A DNA stretch of 64,000 nucleotides from a virus. Taxonomy: Duplodnaviria; Caudoviricetes. Shown here in pieces: positions 1 through 11,396 of the stretch. Numbering within the stretch: position 1 is the first letter of the stretch; the number at the start of each line of letters is the position of its first letter. A program made the translations under genes and the position numbers. The DNA lies in the IMG/VR virus record IMGVR_UViG_2671180244_000004, positions 69,202-133,201 of that record; one strand, given 5' to 3'. Under the pieces are notes generated by a model. That model was given only the letters and a program-made list of their open reading frames with translations, was not told where the DNA came from and ran no database searches.

Positions 1-1299
1 TTACAAAATGCATTACTCCTCTATCCTCAGCTATTGAATGATGATCATGTCAAAGAAACCATTAAGAATAAGAAAAAGAGTCTTGTTAAAGACGCAAAAT
101 CAGGCAAGCTGCAGGTTGAAAAGTCCAAGTACACATATCTATGCCCTGATTTATACGCATTTTGCGAAAAACTGTTTCTCGGTATCGATAAGCCAAGTGG
201 ATTATTGAATGGCAGCAATGTCTATTGTTCGTTATATGACGAAGGAGAAATTGACGTTCTTCGCTCCCCTCACCTTTATAGAGAACATGGGATAAGAAAT
301 AATGTGAGAAGTAAGTTGTTAGAAGAATGGTTTATTACTAAAGGAGTTTATACAAGCGTGCATGATCCAATCTCAAAGTTGTTGCAGTTTGACAATGATG
401 GAGATAAAGCACTTATCATATCAGATCCCCACTTTGTTGAAATTGCAAAGAGACATGTAACCGACATCGTTCCCCTTTATTATGAAATGGGTGTTGCAAA
501 CAAACAGATGATTAACAGTGAAAATCTCTATGAATCTCTAACAAATGCCTATGCAGTTAATATTGGCGAGTATAGTAACAATATAACGAAGATTTGGAAC
601 AGTTCTTCAGTTAATATTGATGTTATCAAATGGCTATGCGCTGAAAATAACTTCGCTATTGACTATGCAAAGACGTTGTTTATGCCTACAAGACCAGAAA
701 ATGTTGACAAACAAATTAAAAATTACATAAAAGACAAAGTACCTTTCTTTTTTGTTCATGCTAAAGATAAGGATATCTCTTCTGTGCAGCCTATTAATGA
801 GAGTACAGTAAATAAACTAGAAGAAATCATTCCAACTGATAGGATTAATTTCAAGGCTGTTGCTGGACATTTCGACTACAATTTTCTGTTGAAAAACAAA
901 CGCATTAAAGAAGATGAAGAATTGGTTAATGAATACATAAAGCTTGATCGCAATAAAAAATGGCTTACTAATAATGAAGAAACTAAACCAAATCAGAAAT
1001 TATACGTGTATAAGCTCATTAGAGAAAAGCTGCTTGAAATAAACAGTGTTGAACAGTATGTGGTGGATGTTCTTGTAAAACATCTATATAAGAAGAAAAG
1101 CAGATACAAGGCCACCTTGTGGGAATGTTTTGGCGATGTGATTCTATCCAATCTCCAAAATAATTTAAAATCACACATGCCATGCCAGAAATGCGGCGTT
1201 ATGATTAAAACATCTTCACGAAAAACCAAGTACTGTGTAAAGTGTGCAAAGGTAGAAAAAAACACTTTAAATAAAAAATACTATCATTTAGGAAAATAG
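1..1299 (+). CDS. yonO: Phage single-subunit RNA polymerase YonO-like (C-terminal part; frame open from window start)
   Basis: DxDGD catalytic motif (LQFDNDGD), C-terminal CxxC..CxxC, located before HU as in SPbeta. Confidence 0.85.
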   Translation, partial: LQNALLLYPQLLNDDHVKETIKNKKKSLVKDAKSGKLQVEKSKYTYLCPDLYAFCEKLFLGIDKPSGLLNGSNVYCSLYDEGEIDVLRSPHLYREHGIRNNVRSKLLEEWFITKGVYTSVHDPISKLLQFDNDGDKALIISDPHFVEIAKRHVTDIVPLYYEMGVANKQMINSENLYESLTNAYAVNIGEYSNNITKIWNSSSVNIDVIKWLCAENNFAIDYAKTLFMPTRPENVDKQIKNYIKDKVPFFFVHAKDKDISSVQPINESTVNKLEEIIPTDRINFKAVAGHFDYNFLLKNKRIKEDEELVNEYIKLDRNKKWLTNNEETKPNQKLYVYKLIREKLLEINSVEQYVVDVLVKHLYKKKSRYKATLWECFGDVILSNLQNNLKSHMPCQKCGVMIKTSSRKTKYCVKCAKVEKNTLNKKYYHLGK

Positions 1300-1312
1300 A
1301 AAGTGTCTTGAG

Positions 1313-1393
1313 CCTTAGAGCCACAAGGGATACAGCGTTTTTGTGCAAAATAATCTCTAATAAAAAGTGGCTTCGACCTTACAGCCACAAGGG
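1313..1393 (+). repeat. Pair of 17-bp direct repeats CCTTA(G/C)AGCCACAAGGG
   Basis: Copies at 1313-1329 and 1377-1393, 64 bp apart. Confidence 0.75.
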
Positions 1394-1522
1394 TTTAGAC
1401 CCCTTTTGGAGATAATCGTCATAAGGGAGGTAAAAAGCAAATATCCAAATTAAAAAGGTTAGTATATCTCCCCTCCCCATTTTTTAAAATACAAATAACA
1501 TACATAAAACGGAGGAATTATA

Positions 1523-1798
1523 ATGAATAAAACAGAATTAGTATCAGCGGTGGTTGAAGCAACAGGATTAGCAAAGAAGGAAGTTGTAACAGTTGTTGAA
1601 GCAACATTAGATGCAATTGAATCTACTCTTAAAGAAGAAGGCCAAGTTAAGATCGCTGGGTTTGGCACATTTGAAGTAGCTACTCGTGCTGCACGCAAGG
1701 GTCGCAACCCTCAAACAGGTGAAGAAATTGAAATTCCTGAAACTAAAGCACCGAAGTTTAAAGCTGCTAAAGCCCTTAAAGATGCTGTAAAAGGTTAA
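1523..1798 (+). CDS. yonN: HU family DNA-binding protein
   Basis: MNKTELV...GFGTF...RKGRNPQTGE HU signature; GGAGG RBS. Confidence 0.95.
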   Translation: MNKTELVSAVVEATGLAKKEVVTVVEATLDAIESTLKEEGQVKIAGFGTFEVATRAARKGRNPQTGEEIEIPETKAPKFKAAKALKDAVKG

Positions 1799-1861
1799 TT
1801 TATTTATTTAAATACCATATATAGACCATCTTGGTTTTTAAGTTGAATGGCTTATGTCTTC

Positions 1862-3089
1862 CACGAAGAGGTAGGAGTCTTCGTGATCGACTAATGATTA
1901 TTAATAGAATAATAGTCATTAGTGGGTTGACTACCCTGTACAACTTTATTCTCCAAACTGTCTCACTCCCTTTCTTAAGATTGGTCTGGCTCTGTTTATA
2001 GGAGATGGCTACTCCTGAGTCGGATAATATTCATTTACATAGGTTTGGACTCCCCCTCTTCAATTTATACCAAATGAATATTATCGGGCTTGTAATGCCA
2101 ATAAGTCTTCACGCTCAAATGCGACTGTATCCTAGCAGGGGCTTATTATAGGAGGCGTTTCGCTCGAAAATTAAAACTAATTGCGGTGTTGAGCTTCGGC
2201 CTTCACTTAAGGTGATTGGATGCGTCCGATCTTCTTTTAAACTATATTTTCCCAAGCATGTACCTTCTCACACAAGGTAAAGAAAAACCATGCAGAATAA
2301 GAGACTGGCGATCTACACGCAATGTATGTAGATAAGGGCGTGTGACCTGACAAGCGCAACAGAATTTGTCTCAGGAAAGGTTTATTATGGGTCTTACCTT
2401 TCTTTTACTTAATATGATTGATTTCTATAGTGCATAACACTCGGTATCTAAGATGCCATGTCTTATGACAGAGTAGCTATTAATCAATCAATGTTTGATT
2501 TCACTTGAGTAACTTGCTTCACTGAGTGACTTGCACTTGGTATTGGTACATATAAGAAAAATTATTTTCATATAAAAGGAGGATTATGTATGGATAGAAC
2601 AAAACAAGAAGCTTTTAATGAATTAGTCACCTCGCTTTGCAAACAATGTCAGGAACATGGATTTACATTAAAAGAGCTAGAGCGTATTCCGTCATTGATT
2701 AAAGATTTTTATTATAGCAACTCCACACCTTACAAGGCTAAAGCTAATTAAACCAAAGATGTACACTTGTCCATGAGGTTTTTAGTGAAAAGACCATCAA
2801 GTAGCGATGGTTTCTCCGCTGGCGGGGAGTTAAAATACGTGCCAGAAAGTGTGTTCCACTAGCTACTATCCTATCGGCTTACTTAGAGTCTGCTGACTAC
2901 AAAGGTTTCTATCGCTGAACCCATAATCAGCGTACCTCCCTATCAAATAAAGATGGGGTTATTTTAGTTAGTAAATTCCTTCGGGTGTTTCCCCAGCACC
3001 CTTCCGACATTTCTTCTTTATTGCTTCTTTTCAATCTCTCCTTTTTCGGGTGTTCCAGTGTGTCGGCATTGGGCATCCGAAGGAATTTA
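1862..3089 (+). ncRNA. Putative structured non-coding RNA region (multiple hairpins)
   Basis: Stems at 1862-1885, 1890-1923, 2017-2091 and 2972-3089 with G-U pairs on the + strand; C/U-rich loops. Confidence 0.45.
2590..2751 (+). CDS. Small hypothetical protein, 53 aa (MDRTKQEAFNELVTSLCKQCQEHG...)
   Basis: Strong RBS AAAGGAGG; below the ORF-track size cutoff. Confidence 0.65.
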   Translation: MDRTKQEAFNELVTSLCKQCQEHGFTLKELERIPSLIKDFYYSNSTPYKAKAN

Positions 3090-3131
3090 TTCGGTTTAAA
3101 TAAAAATTACATATATTTTGGAGGTTTTATA

Positions 3132-3323
3132 ATGGCAAGTAAACAGACTGTCACTGTTGATTTAAAAGGTATTTTTGATATGGACGTTATGGAAGTTGTT
3201 GAGCAAACTAGAGAATCTGAAAAAAATCCGTATGACCTAAAAGAAATTTTATCTAAATTTAACGGAAAACAGGTAAGTATCTCCATCAAAGAAGTTAATG
3301 AGCTTCCTGTTAAGTATGAGTAA
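3132..3323 (+). CDS. yonK: YonK family protein (63 aa)
   Basis: MASKQTVTVDLKG..., GGAGG RBS, size and synteny. Confidence 0.8.
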   Translation: MASKQTVTVDLKGIFDMDVMEVVEQTRESEKNPYDLKEILSKFNGKQVSISIKEVNELPVKYE

Positions 3324-3337
3324 AGGTTGGTGAATTA

Positions 3338-4558
3338 ATGATTGATCCAATTAAATTGAAACGTCACTCTGATGAAAATTTGAAGCAGTGGAAACTTCGG
3401 ATTTGCGAGAACTATAAGGAATATGGTCTTAGTAACTGGAATGAAGTCGCTGATGTGATTAACAAGGAAACTGGTGACAAAAAAGGTGAATCGGCTTATC
3501 GTAAATGGTTTACTAACTTCAATGAAGGTCGTGACTATCAAAAAGAAGTTGTCGCTGAAGAAAACGGAGCAATTGTTGAACTTGAACTGAAGAAAATTGA
3601 AGTGATGGAAGAACGGAAAAAGCTTCAAGCTATGAAGAATGAAATCCACAAAAAAACGAGGATCAAAGGCAGAAATGAATTAATGTACGAACATGTTACT
3701 GCTGCTATTGAGAATCAACCTTCTCTCCCTCTCCCCTCTTTCAAAGTATTACAACCCAACCACAAACAAAGAGCTGCGATCTTAGGTTTTGGAGACGAGC
3801 ACTTTGGTAAAGAATTCAAAAGTTTGAATAATGAATACAACGAACAAATCTACCTTGAAAGAATGGCTCAGCTATTAAGTGACACGGTTGAATGTATTCA
3901 AAAAGAGTCCTTAAATGAACTCGTGGTCTTAAATGGTGCTGATAGTGTTGAAGGTATGGCTTTACGTGTTTCTCAATTAACGCCTTTGCAATATGGCTTT
4001 ATGGATCAAGTAATTAAATATTCACGTTACAAAGTTGAGTGGCTAAAAGAGCTATCTAAATATGTGAAGATTAAATACATACATATCCCCTCTGCTAACC
4101 ACACAGAACTAAGACTACATGGGACAAGTCGTGGTGAAATGCCTAAAGAAGATGTTGAACGCATTATTGCAACATACATTCATGACATGCTACAAGAAAA
4201 CAATCGAATTGAAGTACCGCTTTATGATGATGGCATTGTTGATTTTAATTTACTAGAGTTTGAGATTGTTGCTTGTCATGGACATCAGATTAAGAATAAA
4301 AAGAATGCTATACGTGATCTTTCACAGCTGAAAAGAAAATTCTATGACTATATGTATATTTCACATTTCCATCATGGGAACATGCTGACTGTTGGTGAAG
4401 CAGCTGGTCATAACGTACAAGTGATCCAACTCCCTTCTGTGATGGGATCAGATGAGTATAGTGACAGCTTAATGACTGGTGCAAAAGCTGGTGCTAACCT
4501 AACGATATTCGAATCTGGCAAAGGAAGAACAATTCAGTACGATTACATACTTAATTAA
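3338..4558 (+). CDS. yonJ: Metallophosphoesterase-domain protein, YonJ-like
   Basis: GDEHFG, ANH, HGH and SHFHH calcineurin-like motifs; synteny. Confidence 0.8.
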   Translation: MIDPIKLKRHSDENLKQWKLRICENYKEYGLSNWNEVADVINKETGDKKGESAYRKWFTNFNEGRDYQKEVVAEENGAIVELELKKIEVMEERKKLQAMKNEIHKKTRIKGRNELMYEHVTAAIENQPSLPLPSFKVLQPNHKQRAAILGFGDEHFGKEFKSLNNEYNEQIYLERMAQLLSDTVECIQKESLNELVVLNGADSVEGMALRVSQLTPLQYGFMDQVIKYSRYKVEWLKELSKYVKIKYIHIPSANHTELRLHGTSRGEMPKEDVERIIATYIHDMLQENNRIEVPLYDDGIVDFNLLEFEIVACHGHQIKNKKNAIRDLSQLKRKFYDYMYISHFHHGNMLTVGEAAGHNVQVIQLPSVMGSDEYSDSLMTGAKAGANLTIFESGKGRTIQYDYILN

Positions 4559-4602
4559 TCATTACTTATAGGGTTGCGACCAATCGCTACAAAGGAGAAA
4601 AA

Positions 4603-4992
4603 ATGAAAACTATTGAATTTGTCAAAAAAAGTATCGCTGATACAATTCTTGAAATCGAGCATAAGTTCAATGAAAAGAAACTTCCGTATGTAGAGATTAA
4701 AACATTAGTTAAATCTGCAAAAGAATTTGCTTCAGTATTAAATCCCTCTTTAAATGTTGAGCAAAGAATGAAGCATTCTGATTTTCTCAATGCAACTTTA
4801 GAAAAGCTATGTAAAATTGAAATTGATCTACAAATCTCTATAGCAAATTCCCTATCAAAAAAAGATTATAAGGCTCACTTTGCCCTCTCTAATACTTATA
4901 AAGATGTCGTTGAACTTAAAAAACAACTTTATGTACCTATTGTCTTTGAAACTGGTGGATGGAGTAAGTGTAATTTAGTTAGTTTGCTATAA
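4603..4992 (+). CDS. Hypothetical phage protein
   Basis: AAAGGAG RBS, 129-aa ORF. Confidence 0.7.
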   Translation: MKTIEFVKKSIADTILEIEHKFNEKKLPYVEIKTLVKSAKEFASVLNPSLNVEQRMKHSDFLNATLEKLCKIEIDLQISIANSLSKKDYKAHFALSNTYKDVVELKKQLYVPIVFETGGWSKCNLVSLL

Positions 4993-5031
4993 AACTTTGA
5001 TTTTAACTTAAACTTATGATGAGGATGATGA

Positions 5032-5619
5032 ATGATGATTGAGAACCAAAGCAAAGACCATATTGAATTCTTGCGTGAACACTTGGGAATTCTAACTAGA
5101 CTAAAGGAAACTGGATATAGATGTGACCGTGAAATCAATGATGTTCTATCAAAATTACATGGAATTGTTTTTAAACAAAAACCTACCATTAGATTAGGTG
5201 ACAATAGCTTTGTCTCCAATGGAGGAAAAGCAACAGATAAGCTCCGATTTGGTTTAGTGGACTCTGAATTAAATAAGAGGTTTAGGGAAGCACAGCCAGC
5301 ATTGGCACAAGTTAATGCTAAAGATGACAGAGGCAAAGGTAAAACCACTATTCTTTTCAATTGCTGCTACGATGATAGTGCGTTGATTGTGGTGGGAAAT
5401 TTAACTATCGCTAAATTATATCGTGAATTATACCGAGTTCTTCTTGAGAAAAATGGTGTTTTTCAGCTCAAAGGAACAGCTGAATACATTCTAACAGTTG
5501 ATCAGCTTAATGGTAGAAAAGGCAACGCTTATATTGATGAATCCGTCAGTGAAAAACAACTACAGATTATCAAAGAGAATCAAAATATTGAAATTTTAGG
5601 CGGATTCTATACTGCTTAA
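5032..5619 (+). CDS. Hypothetical protein with P-loop-like motif (YonH position)
   Basis: RGKGKTT and YIDE motifs; synteny. Confidence 0.6.
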   Translation: MMIENQSKDHIEFLREHLGILTRLKETGYRCDREINDVLSKLHGIVFKQKPTIRLGDNSFVSNGGKATDKLRFGLVDSELNKRFREAQPALAQVNAKDDRGKGKTTILFNCCYDDSALIVVGNLTIAKLYRELYRVLLEKNGVFQLKGTAEYILTVDQLNGRKGNAYIDESVSEKQLQIIKENQNIEILGGFYTA

Positions 5620-5695
5620 ACACATTTTTAGAGCGCCTAGTTGATCTGGGCGTTTCGTAAGATGTGTTTTTATTTTTTATTGGAGGTGAGCAAAA

Positions 5696-6619
5696 ATGGC
5701 AGTTAGTAAATTGACATGCACGTGCTGCGGAAAAGAGCAAAGTACAATACAATTCTATAAATCTGAGTCACCCTTTAACAAAAACTCAGGGAAAATAAGT
5801 GTTTGTAAATCATGTTTACAGCAAGAATTCAAAAAGTCACCTGAAGACATTAAACACGTACAGAGTATCTTTCGAATGATTGACAGACCATTCATCTATG
5901 ATATTTGGATGTCTTCTCAAGAAGAGGCTAAATTAAAGAGTAAAAGTAATCAATTGAATGTTTTTGGTACTTATATGAAGAACATCGGTATGAAGGATTT
6001 CATTGCTAAGAATTGGTCAGACAGTGAATACGACGCAGAAGAACAAGACGAGTACACTAAACAGCTCTTGTTATCAAAAAGTGATAGTGATATATCCGAA
6101 CAAGATATTCAAGAATTGATTCACTTTTGGGGACGTGGTTTAGATTATGAAGACTACGTTTGGCTTCAAAATGAATATGTCGACTTTACTAATCGCTACG
6201 AATGCGACTCTAAAGGTATGGAGCTATTAATAAGTCAGATATGTATGACAATGCTTGACATTAGAAAACGCAGAGAAAATGGAGAAAAAGTTGACCAACA
6301 GCAGAAAACACTACAAGACCTACTCGGCTCAAGTAACCTAAAGCCTGTTCAAGAAACTGGAGCAAACGGGGCTGAACAAGAAACTTTCGGGACACTTCTT
6401 AAAAAATATGAGAATGAAAGACCTGTTCCTGAACCTGAAGAACGATGGAAAGACCCTGATAAAATTTCAAAATACATAAAGGTTTTCTTTTTAGGACATC
6501 TATCTCGTATGTTAGGCGTTAATAATAAGTATGCGGATGAATATTGGGAAGAAATCGATCAGCTTACAGTAAATGAACCAATTGAAGAAGATGAGGAAAA
6601 TTCTGATGGCCTCAATTAA
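5696..6619 (+). CDS. yonG: YonG-like protein, putative terminase small subunit
   Basis: N-terminal Zn finger (CTCC..CKSC); directly upstream of and overlapping the terminase large subunit. Confidence 0.7.
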   Translation: MAVSKLTCTCCGKEQSTIQFYKSESPFNKNSGKISVCKSCLQQEFKKSPEDIKHVQSIFRMIDRPFIYDIWMSSQEEAKLKSKSNQLNVFGTYMKNIGMKDFIAKNWSDSEYDAEEQDEYTKQLLLSKSDSDISEQDIQELIHFWGRGLDYEDYVWLQNEYVDFTNRYECDSKGMELLISQICMTMLDIRKRRENGEKVDQQQKTLQDLLGSSNLKPVQETGANGAEQETFGTLLKKYENERPVPEPEERWKDPDKISKYIKVFFLGHLSRMLGVNNKYADEYWEEIDQLTVNEPIEEDEENSDGLN

Positions 6620-8375
6620 CAACTTCAAACCAGATAGCCACAAAAGAACCAAAGGTATAAACATTTTTAAAAAGACAAGACACTTTGAAAAGAAAACAAA
6701 GTCTGAAAGATTGATGGAAGGTATTGGAGTTTGGGCATCATTTTATAGAGCCAATCCTCATCGCTTTGTCAGAGAGTATTTAGGTATCACTCTGAAGTTG
6801 TTCCAATGTATCTTGATCTATATGATGGTTCATAATCACTATCTTATGTATCTTGCGAGTCGAGGTCAGGGAAAAACTTGGCTAACCTCAGTGTACTGTT
6901 GTGTTCAGGCTATCCTATTCCCTGGCACAAAAATTGTTATTGCCTCTGGGACTAAAGGTCAAGCAAGAGAAGTTATTGAAAAAATAGACGATCTAAGGAA
7001 AGAATCGATAAACCTGAAACGTGAAATATCTGACCTGAGAACTTCTTCTAACGATGCTAGAGTTGAGTTTCATAACGGAAGTTGGATTAAAGTTGTTGCT
7101 TCGAATGATGGGGCACGTTCGAAAAGGGCTAACCTTTTAATTGTTGACGAATTCCGAATGGTTGATTTCGAAATCATTAGTAAAGTTTTGAGGAAATTTT
7201 TAACCGCCCCCCGCTCCCCTCGTTATCTCGAAAAAGAAGAATATCAACATCTAAAGGAACGAAACAAAGAAATATACCTCTCCTCATGTTGGTACAAAGT
7301 TCACTGGTCTTACAATAGGTTTTTAACTTACTTTAATGCAATGATGAAGGGTTCACAGTATTTCGTATGCGGGCTACCATATCAAATCGCTATTAAAGAA
7401 GGCCTTTTAGATAAAGATCAAGTTAAGGATGAAATGTCTGAAGAGGATTTCGATTCTGTTGGTTGGTCAATGGAGATGGAAGCACTGTGGTTTGGTGAAT
7501 CAGAAAAAGCATATTTCAAGTATGAAGATTTAGAGAAAAACAGAAAATTGGCCTCTCCCCTATTCCCTCAAGATTATTATTCTTTGATTAAAGACTCCAA
7601 TTTTAAATATGAGCCGAAAAAACCTGGTGAGATAAGACTTGTATCAAATGATATTGCTACAATCGCTGGCAAAGAAAATGATGCGAGCGTCTATACTGTA
7701 TTTAGATTGTTACCTAATGCTACTGGTTTTGATAGACACATTGTATATATGGAAAGCTTGGTTGGTGGACATACAGGTACACAAGCAACAAGAATACGGC
7801 AATTACAAGAAGACTTCGAATGTGACTATATCGTTTTAGACACTCAAAACGCTGGAATTGGTGTTTATGACGCACTTTGCCAACCTCTTTATGATAAAGA
7901 AAGAGCGAAAGAATACGAGCCTATTTCTTGTATAAATGACGATAAACTAGCAGATCGTTGTACATATCAACATGCCAGCAAAATCATATATAGTATTAAA
8001 GCTTATGGTCAATTGAACAGCGAAATAGCAGTCTTGTTAAAGGATGGATTTAAAAGAGGAAAAATCAAAATGCCTGTTAGTGAAAATGAAGGCAAAGAGT
8101 ACATGAAAAAATTCAAAGGATATGACTCATTGCCTGAAGAAACTAAAGCTAAGTTTATATCAAGTTATGCTCAGATAACATTGCTTATCAACGAAATGAT
8201 TAACCTTGAAGCTGAGTATGCAGACAACGGACAGGTCAAGTTAAGGGAGCCTAAAAGTAAAAGAAAAGACAGATATAGCTCTGTTGCCTACGGGAATTAT
8301 ATCGCTTCTTTACTTGAACGAAATATGAACAAGAAACATGATTTTGACGAAGAAGATGATTTAGTATATTTCTAA
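6606..8375 (+). CDS. yonF: Terminase large subunit
   Basis: ASRGQGKT Walker A, LLIVDE Walker B, C-terminal nuclease acidic motifs (SNDIA, RKDRYS). Confidence 0.92.
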   Translation: MASINNFKPDSHKRTKGINIFKKTRHFEKKTKSERLMEGIGVWASFYRANPHRFVREYLGITLKLFQCILIYMMVHNHYLMYLASRGQGKTWLTSVYCCVQAILFPGTKIVIASGTKGQAREVIEKIDDLRKESINLKREISDLRTSSNDARVEFHNGSWIKVVASNDGARSKRANLLIVDEFRMVDFEIISKVLRKFLTAPRSPRYLEKEEYQHLKERNKEIYLSSCWYKVHWSYNRFLTYFNAMMKGSQYFVCGLPYQIAIKEGLLDKDQVKDEMSEEDFDSVGWSMEMEALWFGESEKAYFKYEDLEKNRKLASPLFPQDYYSLIKDSNFKYEPKKPGEIRLVSNDIATIAGKENDASVYTVFRLLPNATGFDRHIVYMESLVGGHTGTQATRIRQLQEDFECDYIVLDTQNAGIGVYDALCQPLYDKERAKEYEPISCINDDKLADRCTYQHASKIIYSIKAYGQLNSEIAVLLKDGFKRGKIKMPVSENEGKEYMKKFKGYDSLPEETKAKFISSYAQITLLINEMINLEAEYADNGQVKLREPKSKRKDRYSSVAYGNYIASLLERNMNKKHDFDEEDDLVYF

Positions 8376-8393
8376 AAGAATTGAGGTGAAAAA

Positions 8394-9920
8394 GTGGCAA
8401 AAAAGATCAAACAAGTGGAAATCGAAACTGAAGAACATAAGCAAATGCTGAATGATCTTGAAACATATGCATCTACCTTTGCTACAGGTTTTGTTTCAAA
8501 CTTGTTCTCCAAAGGAATTATAAATGATGTAACAGCTGAACAGCTAAAAGACTATTTCTCTTCTCCTGATGAACATCAAGAAGACATCGAGGATTTAGCC
8601 AACTATTTTTATGTATCCACTGCGGAAATTCATCAGCTTTTTGAACTCATTGAAGCTCTACCTACATTGAATTTCAAAATAGATTCCTTTGAAAACCCTG
8701 AGGCTTCAGAGAGCCATGTTAAAACCATAAAAAAAGTATTACATAAGAATAAGCACAAGCGATTAACTCGGGATTTGATGAAACAAACAGCTGCTTCTGG
8801 CACTTTAATTGGTATTTGGCTAGGTGATAAAAAATCCCCCTACCCCTTCATCTTCGATGGATTGAAATATGTGCAGCCCTCTTATCGTAGAAATGGCGAA
8901 TGGGTATGCACGTTGGATATGAGTTTTTTTGACGGTATTTCAGATAATGATGCCCACCGCAAAGACCTCATTTCGAATTTCCACCCCTATATTACATATC
9001 AAGATTATCAAAACTTCAAAAAAGATACCGTTCAGTATAAATTTAAAGAGCTTCCTCAACATAGAACATTTTGTCTTAGAACTGGGACTCTTAAGAGAAA
9101 TCAAGGTTTAGGTACATCTTGGGTTGCTCCTGGTCTATATGATGTTCTACATAAGAAAAAACTTAAAGATGTTGAACAATCCATTGCGAATAAAATCATT
9201 AATGCGGTTGCAGTATTGACAATTGGTACGGATAAAAATAATGGAGATTACAGTAACCAAAAACTTCCTAAGCCTATCAAACAAAAGATTCACTCGGGAG
9301 TAAAGCAAGCACTAGAGAAAAACCAAACTGACGGTGTAACTGTCGTTTCCATCCCAGATTATGCAAGCTTAGACTTTCCTGATGTTAAAACTGACGGGTT
9401 GGATGGCAAAAAATTCGATCATATAAACAACGACATTCAATCTGCATATGGTCTTTCTGGCTCTATGTTAAATGGTGAAGGTGGTAACTATGCAACTTCT
9501 TCATTGAATTTAGACACCTTCTATAAGCGTATTGGAGTTCTTTTAGAAGACATTGAACAAGAAGTGTATCAGAAGCTGTTTAATTTAATTTTGCCGAAGA
9601 GCCAAAGTGACAATTACTATATTGTATATGACAAAGAGAAACCGTTGACTCTCAAAGAGAAGGTTGACTTACTGTTGAAATTAAACGATAAAGGCTGGTC
9701 GATTAAACATGTAGTCGACAATATCCCTGGAGTGTCGTGGGAATCATATTTAGATCAAACACTTCATGAAACAGAAACATTACAACTGCAAGATAAAATC
9801 AAGCCATACCAAACATCATATACATTCTCAGGTAACGATCCAGGGAATATTTCTGATGACACTTCGACTAATGAAAACACTTTAAAATCAAAATCATCAG
9901 ACGGGAACAACACTCCATAG
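8394..9920 (+). CDS. yonE: Portal protein
   Basis: 508 aa after terminase; SPbeta synteny. Confidence 0.8.
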   Translation: MAKKIKQVEIETEEHKQMLNDLETYASTFATGFVSNLFSKGIINDVTAEQLKDYFSSPDEHQEDIEDLANYFYVSTAEIHQLFELIEALPTLNFKIDSFENPEASESHVKTIKKVLHKNKHKRLTRDLMKQTAASGTLIGIWLGDKKSPYPFIFDGLKYVQPSYRRNGEWVCTLDMSFFDGISDNDAHRKDLISNFHPYITYQDYQNFKKDTVQYKFKELPQHRTFCLRTGTLKRNQGLGTSWVAPGLYDVLHKKKLKDVEQSIANKIINAVAVLTIGTDKNNGDYSNQKLPKPIKQKIHSGVKQALEKNQTDGVTVVSIPDYASLDFPDVKTDGLDGKKFDHINNDIQSAYGLSGSMLNGEGGNYATSSLNLDTFYKRIGVLLEDIEQEVYQKLFNLILPKSQSDNYYIVYDKEKPLTLKEKVDLLLKLNDKGWSIKHVVDNIPGVSWESYLDQTLHETETLQLQDKIKPYQTSYTFSGNDPGNISDDTSTNENTLKSKSSDGNNTP

Positions 9921-9957
9921 CTCTCCCCTTTTTGTCTTTGGAAGGAGGTGAAAATAC

Positions 9958-11379
9958 TTGAAAGACAAACAAAAGAAAATTGATTATAAACTTCAATTGA
10001 ATGAAATTAAGGCAAGCGATGATCCATCCAAATTATCTTGCACATTTGTCATTTTTGATTTTGAAAAGTCTCATAATAATACAGTAATTTCAAAAGAAGT
10101 AGCTCTTGAAACAGCCACTACGATTATCAATAAGCCAATTGTAGCAAAATACAATGAGGTTGATTCCATTGGAACAGCAACTGATTCATTTGGGTCTCAC
10201 GAGATGTATTTAAGCACTGATAAACACGGTGATTTAGAGGTGAAGATGGATACCGCAGCAATCGGTGTTTTCACAAGTGAGGGCTACATCATGGAAATGG
10301 TAGGCTCTAACGGAGAAAAGACTGAAGTGCTCGCTGCTGATGCCATTCTATGGAGATCACGTTTTAAAGATGCTTGTGATCTGCTTTTAGAGTGGAATTC
10401 CAGAGGTATAAATGTAAATACGAGTTGCGAACTACTTTATTCAAATTACACATTTAAAGATGGTATTGAATATCTTGAATCGCCTGTTTACTTAGAAGGT
10501 CATGCTATTTTGAACTCTGAAAAACGTGGAGATCAAGACATTGTTTTCCCTGCATATGATTCAAGCAAACTATTGAGTTTTAATGAAAAAAATAAATTTG
10601 AAAAGCTTATTGCACAGGCAATTATCAATGAAAAGGAAGGTGAAAATGTGAGTTTCAAGAAAGTGTTTGAGTTATCCCATGATGATGTTAGATCACTGTT
10701 ATACTCCAAGCTAGATCCAGAATTAGGTGAGAATGTTCACTCATATATTTGTGATGTTTATGAAAATTACTTTGTCGTTAACATCGAAGATTACAACGCA
10801 AAGACAGACTCATACTATAAGTACAATTACACAAAAAATGATGACGTTATCGACATCCAATTCGACTCTAAACAAGAAGTGTTCCTTAAGAGAAATTGGG
10901 AAGAAGTTACTCCAGAAGAAGTCACGAATCAGCTTAATGCAAAAGATCAACAAATCAGTGATTTAACTACTAAACTGTCTGCTAAAGAAGATTTAGAATC
11001 TAAATTCAATAGCGCAAGCGAAAAACTAGTACAGCTTAATCAAACGGTTGAAGAGTTAGCCCCTTTTAAAGAGCAATATGAGAAGGTTCAATTCGAAGCT
11101 CGTTTAAACGAAAAAAGTGAGCATTTCAAAGCCAAATTTAATGCATTGAATGCTTCGGATAAGTTTGAGACTGATGAAGTTCAAACACTTCTATCAGAAG
11201 TAGCGAAACAGGATGAGAATTCTGACAAAGCTCTGTTGCAGTTGAATTCTATTCTAGTTGATTTAGTTTCCACTAATATCTCCCCTACCGAGATCCCCCC
11301 TCTTAGAGAACAATCCAGTATTCGTAAAGAGTTAATTCCAAAAGACGATTCATTTGAAGCAAGATATTTTATTAAATAA
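9958..11379 (+). CDS. yonD: Prohead protease/scaffold-like protein
   Basis: Protease-like N-terminus, coiled-coil C-terminus; synteny. Confidence 0.7.
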   Translation: MKDKQKKIDYKLQLNEIKASDDPSKLSCTFVIFDFEKSHNNTVISKEVALETATTIINKPIVAKYNEVDSIGTATDSFGSHEMYLSTDKHGDLEVKMDTAAIGVFTSEGYIMEMVGSNGEKTEVLAADAILWRSRFKDACDLLLEWNSRGINVNTSCELLYSNYTFKDGIEYLESPVYLEGHAILNSEKRGDQDIVFPAYDSSKLLSFNEKNKFEKLIAQAIINEKEGENVSFKKVFELSHDDVRSLLYSKLDPELGENVHSYICDVYENYFVVNIEDYNAKTDSYYKYNYTKNDDVIDIQFDSKQEVFLKRNWEEVTPEEVTNQLNAKDQQISDLTTKLSAKEDLESKFNSASEKLVQLNQTVEELAPFKEQYEKVQFEARLNEKSEHFKAKFNALNASDKFETDEVQTLLSEVAKQDENSDKALLQLNSILVDLVSTNISPTEIPPLREQSSIRKELIPKDDSFEARYFIK

Positions 11380-11396
11380 ATGGAGGCAAAATTAAA

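Noticed and set aside
1800-3130. tRNA genes in the long intergenic region
   Set aside because: No cloverleaf with a TTC T-loop and acceptor stem could be assembled by eye.
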